A stretch of DNA of 59,652 nucleotides, counting the filler. It is 4 parts of 4 records of this genome, joined end to end, with 100 filler letters (N's around TTAATTAATTAA, not from the genome) between each part and the next. Parts side by side here need not be neighbours in the genome. Positions count along the whole stretch, not along the records: positions 47,989 to 59,652 come from SRR22947727_1949; 3 more parts are not named here. One strand, written 5' to 3'. The notes beneath the pieces were generated by a model. The model did not search any database. It saw nothing but the letters and a program-made list of their open reading frames with translations, and had not been told where the DNA came from. A program made the position numbers and the translations under genes. Shown here one piece after another: positions 58,366 through 59,652 of the stretch (its first letter is position 1; every line of letters begins with the position of its first letter).

Positions 58366-59556
58366 ATGGACTTTATGGAAAACATGAACGAAATTCTCCG
58401 GATGCAGCCGGAAACCATCCGAAACATATTTTTGCCAATCGTCGCGTTCATGATGGGCGGGTGTATCGGGTCGTTCTTGAACGTCGTGATTTACCGTCTC
58501 CCCAATGACTTAAAGGTCAACAAACCAAAGCGAAGTTTTTGTCCGAACTGCAAAACGCAGATCCCGATGTGGCTGAATATCCCCTTGGTGACGTGGTTGA
58601 TGCTCCGTGGGCGTTGCAAATGGTGCGATGTGAAAATTTCCTCCCGCTATTTCATGGTCGAGCTGATGACCGCCGTTTGCTTTTTGGCGGTTTATCGGCT
58701 GTTCTTTCAAAATCCGTCTTTCACCCCGGGGAGCCCTATGGGAATGGAAGTCGTGGTTTGTTATTGGATTTTTATCTCACTGCTGATTGCAGCGACGTTT
58801 ATTGATTTTGATCACATGATCATCCCCGATTCCATCACGATCGGCGGTTGTGCTGCGGGTATCGTCGCAAGTGTGATTGTGCCCGAGCTTCATGAACAAA
58901 GCACGCATCTCAAAGGATTGGGGATGTCCCTTGTCGGAGCTGCGGCCGGTTATGGATTACTCTGGCTGGTTGTGAATGCCGGTAAATTGATGTTTGGCCG
59001 ACTGAAATTCGATTTTGATGAGCCAACTGAGTTCACCGTTTCTCAGCCGAATCCCGACGAAAACCCGCAGATCAAGATTGGCGATTTTGAACAGGATTAT
59101 GGCTTTGTTTTTGGTCGGAAATCAGACCGCCTGAAGATGAATATTCACGAATTGAGGCTAAATGGTGAAACGATTGAAAACGTCGAGACATTCGTGCTTC
59201 ACATGGATTCAGTCGAAGTGAACGGCGAAAAGCGGGATTTGGAGGGTGTAAAATCCCTCGAAGGAACATGCTTAAACGCCGTGGTTCCCCGCGAAGCGAT
59301 GGGAATGGGCGATGTGAAATTTCTTGCGATGATTGGTGCCTTTTTGGGCTGGAAAGCGGTCATCATCACCGTGTTTCTCGCTGCCGTGATCGGAGCTGTA
59401 GTCGGAATAGCGCAGCGACTTGCGACAAGTGAGAAATGGTCGCGCGAATTTCCATTTGGACCGTATTTGGCTCTCGGAGCGTTTGTCGCGCTATTCGCCG
59501 GAAGCGCCCTGATCTCGTGGTATCTGGGATTGATGCAGGACGGTTTCTTCAATTAA
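58366..59556 (+). CDS. Prepilin peptidase (A24, PilD-like) with an internal soluble insertion
   Basis: GSFLNVVIYRLP, CPNC...CKWC, FIDFDHMIIPD, MGMGDVKF and PFGPYL. Confidence 0.92.
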   Translation: MDFMENMNEILRMQPETIRNIFLPIVAFMMGGCIGSFLNVVIYRLPNDLKVNKPKRSFCPNCKTQIPMWLNIPLVTWLMLRGRCKWCDVKISSRYFMVELMTAVCFLAVYRLFFQNPSFTPGSPMGMEVVVCYWIFISLLIAATFIDFDHMIIPDSITIGGCAAGIVASVIVPELHEQSTHLKGLGMSLVGAAAGYGLLWLVVNAGKLMFGRLKFDFDEPTEFTVSQPNPDENPQIKIGDFEQDYGFVFGRKSDRLKMNIHELRLNGETIENVETFVLHMDSVEVNGEKRDLEGVKSLEGTCLNAVVPREAMGMGDVKFLAMIGAFLGWKAVIITVFLAAVIGAVVGIAQRLATSEKWSREFPFGPYLALGAFVALFAGSALISWYLGLMQDGFFN

Positions 59557-59567
59557 ATCGACGTTCC

Positions 59568-59641
59568 ACGAATCAATAGGGTACGTTCGATAAACCAACC
59601 CTGTTGGTTCGTAGCGGTGTTTCGAACCAATAGGGTTGGTT
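59568..59641. repeat. Cluster of three alternating inverted REP-like units
   Basis: ACGAATCAATAGGGT (59568-59582), AACCAACCCTGTTGGTTCG (59593-59611) and CGAACCAATAGGGTTGGTT (59623-59641). Confidence 0.7.
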
Positions 59642-59652
59642 CACCCGTATAT

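Noticed and set aside
59568-59652. CRISPR array at the window end
   Set aside because: Units alternate in orientation with about 10-nt gaps, with no direct-repeat/spacer periodicity and no cas genes.

Overview
This window is not one locus. It is four unrelated marine bacterial contigs joined by artificial 100-bp linkers (N44-TTAATTAATTAA-N44) at 21215-21314, 36914-37013 and 47889-47988. Taxon calls are inferred from gene content and protein style, not from a search. Contig 1 (1-21214) looks like an accessory region of a marine picocyanobacterium (Synechococcus-like). It has a methyltransferase/FAD-oxidoreductase/type III PKS cluster, two P450s (one non-canonical), two broken genes, PIN-PhoH plus LOG, and a Pho-box-pstS-chrA module. 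Contig 2 (21315-36913) looks gammaproteobacterial (Halieaceae/OM60-like): gltD, hemE, cysE, srkA, comF, tRNA-Pro(CGG), then accessory genes (IPTL-CTERM-like mini-protein, BLUF, LLM oxidoreductase, MFS, CYP153). Contig 3 (37014-47888) looks like Rhodobacteraceae: 5' end of rplB with a highly structured leader, smc, a MITE-like element, cobalamin genes and yqjG. Contig 4 (47989-59652) looks verrucomicrobial: ECF sigma/FecR, SPFH pair, rnhB, D-Ala-D-Ala dipeptidase and prepilin peptidase. The most notable feature is at 50095-51456. Two ORFs split in the ORF track are one reading frame with an in-frame TGA in a deiodinase-like FGCLT-U-PPF (CxxU) motif, followed by a SECIS-like hairpin. This predicts a secreted 453-aa selenoprotein fused to a DsbD-N-like dithiol domain and EF-hands.
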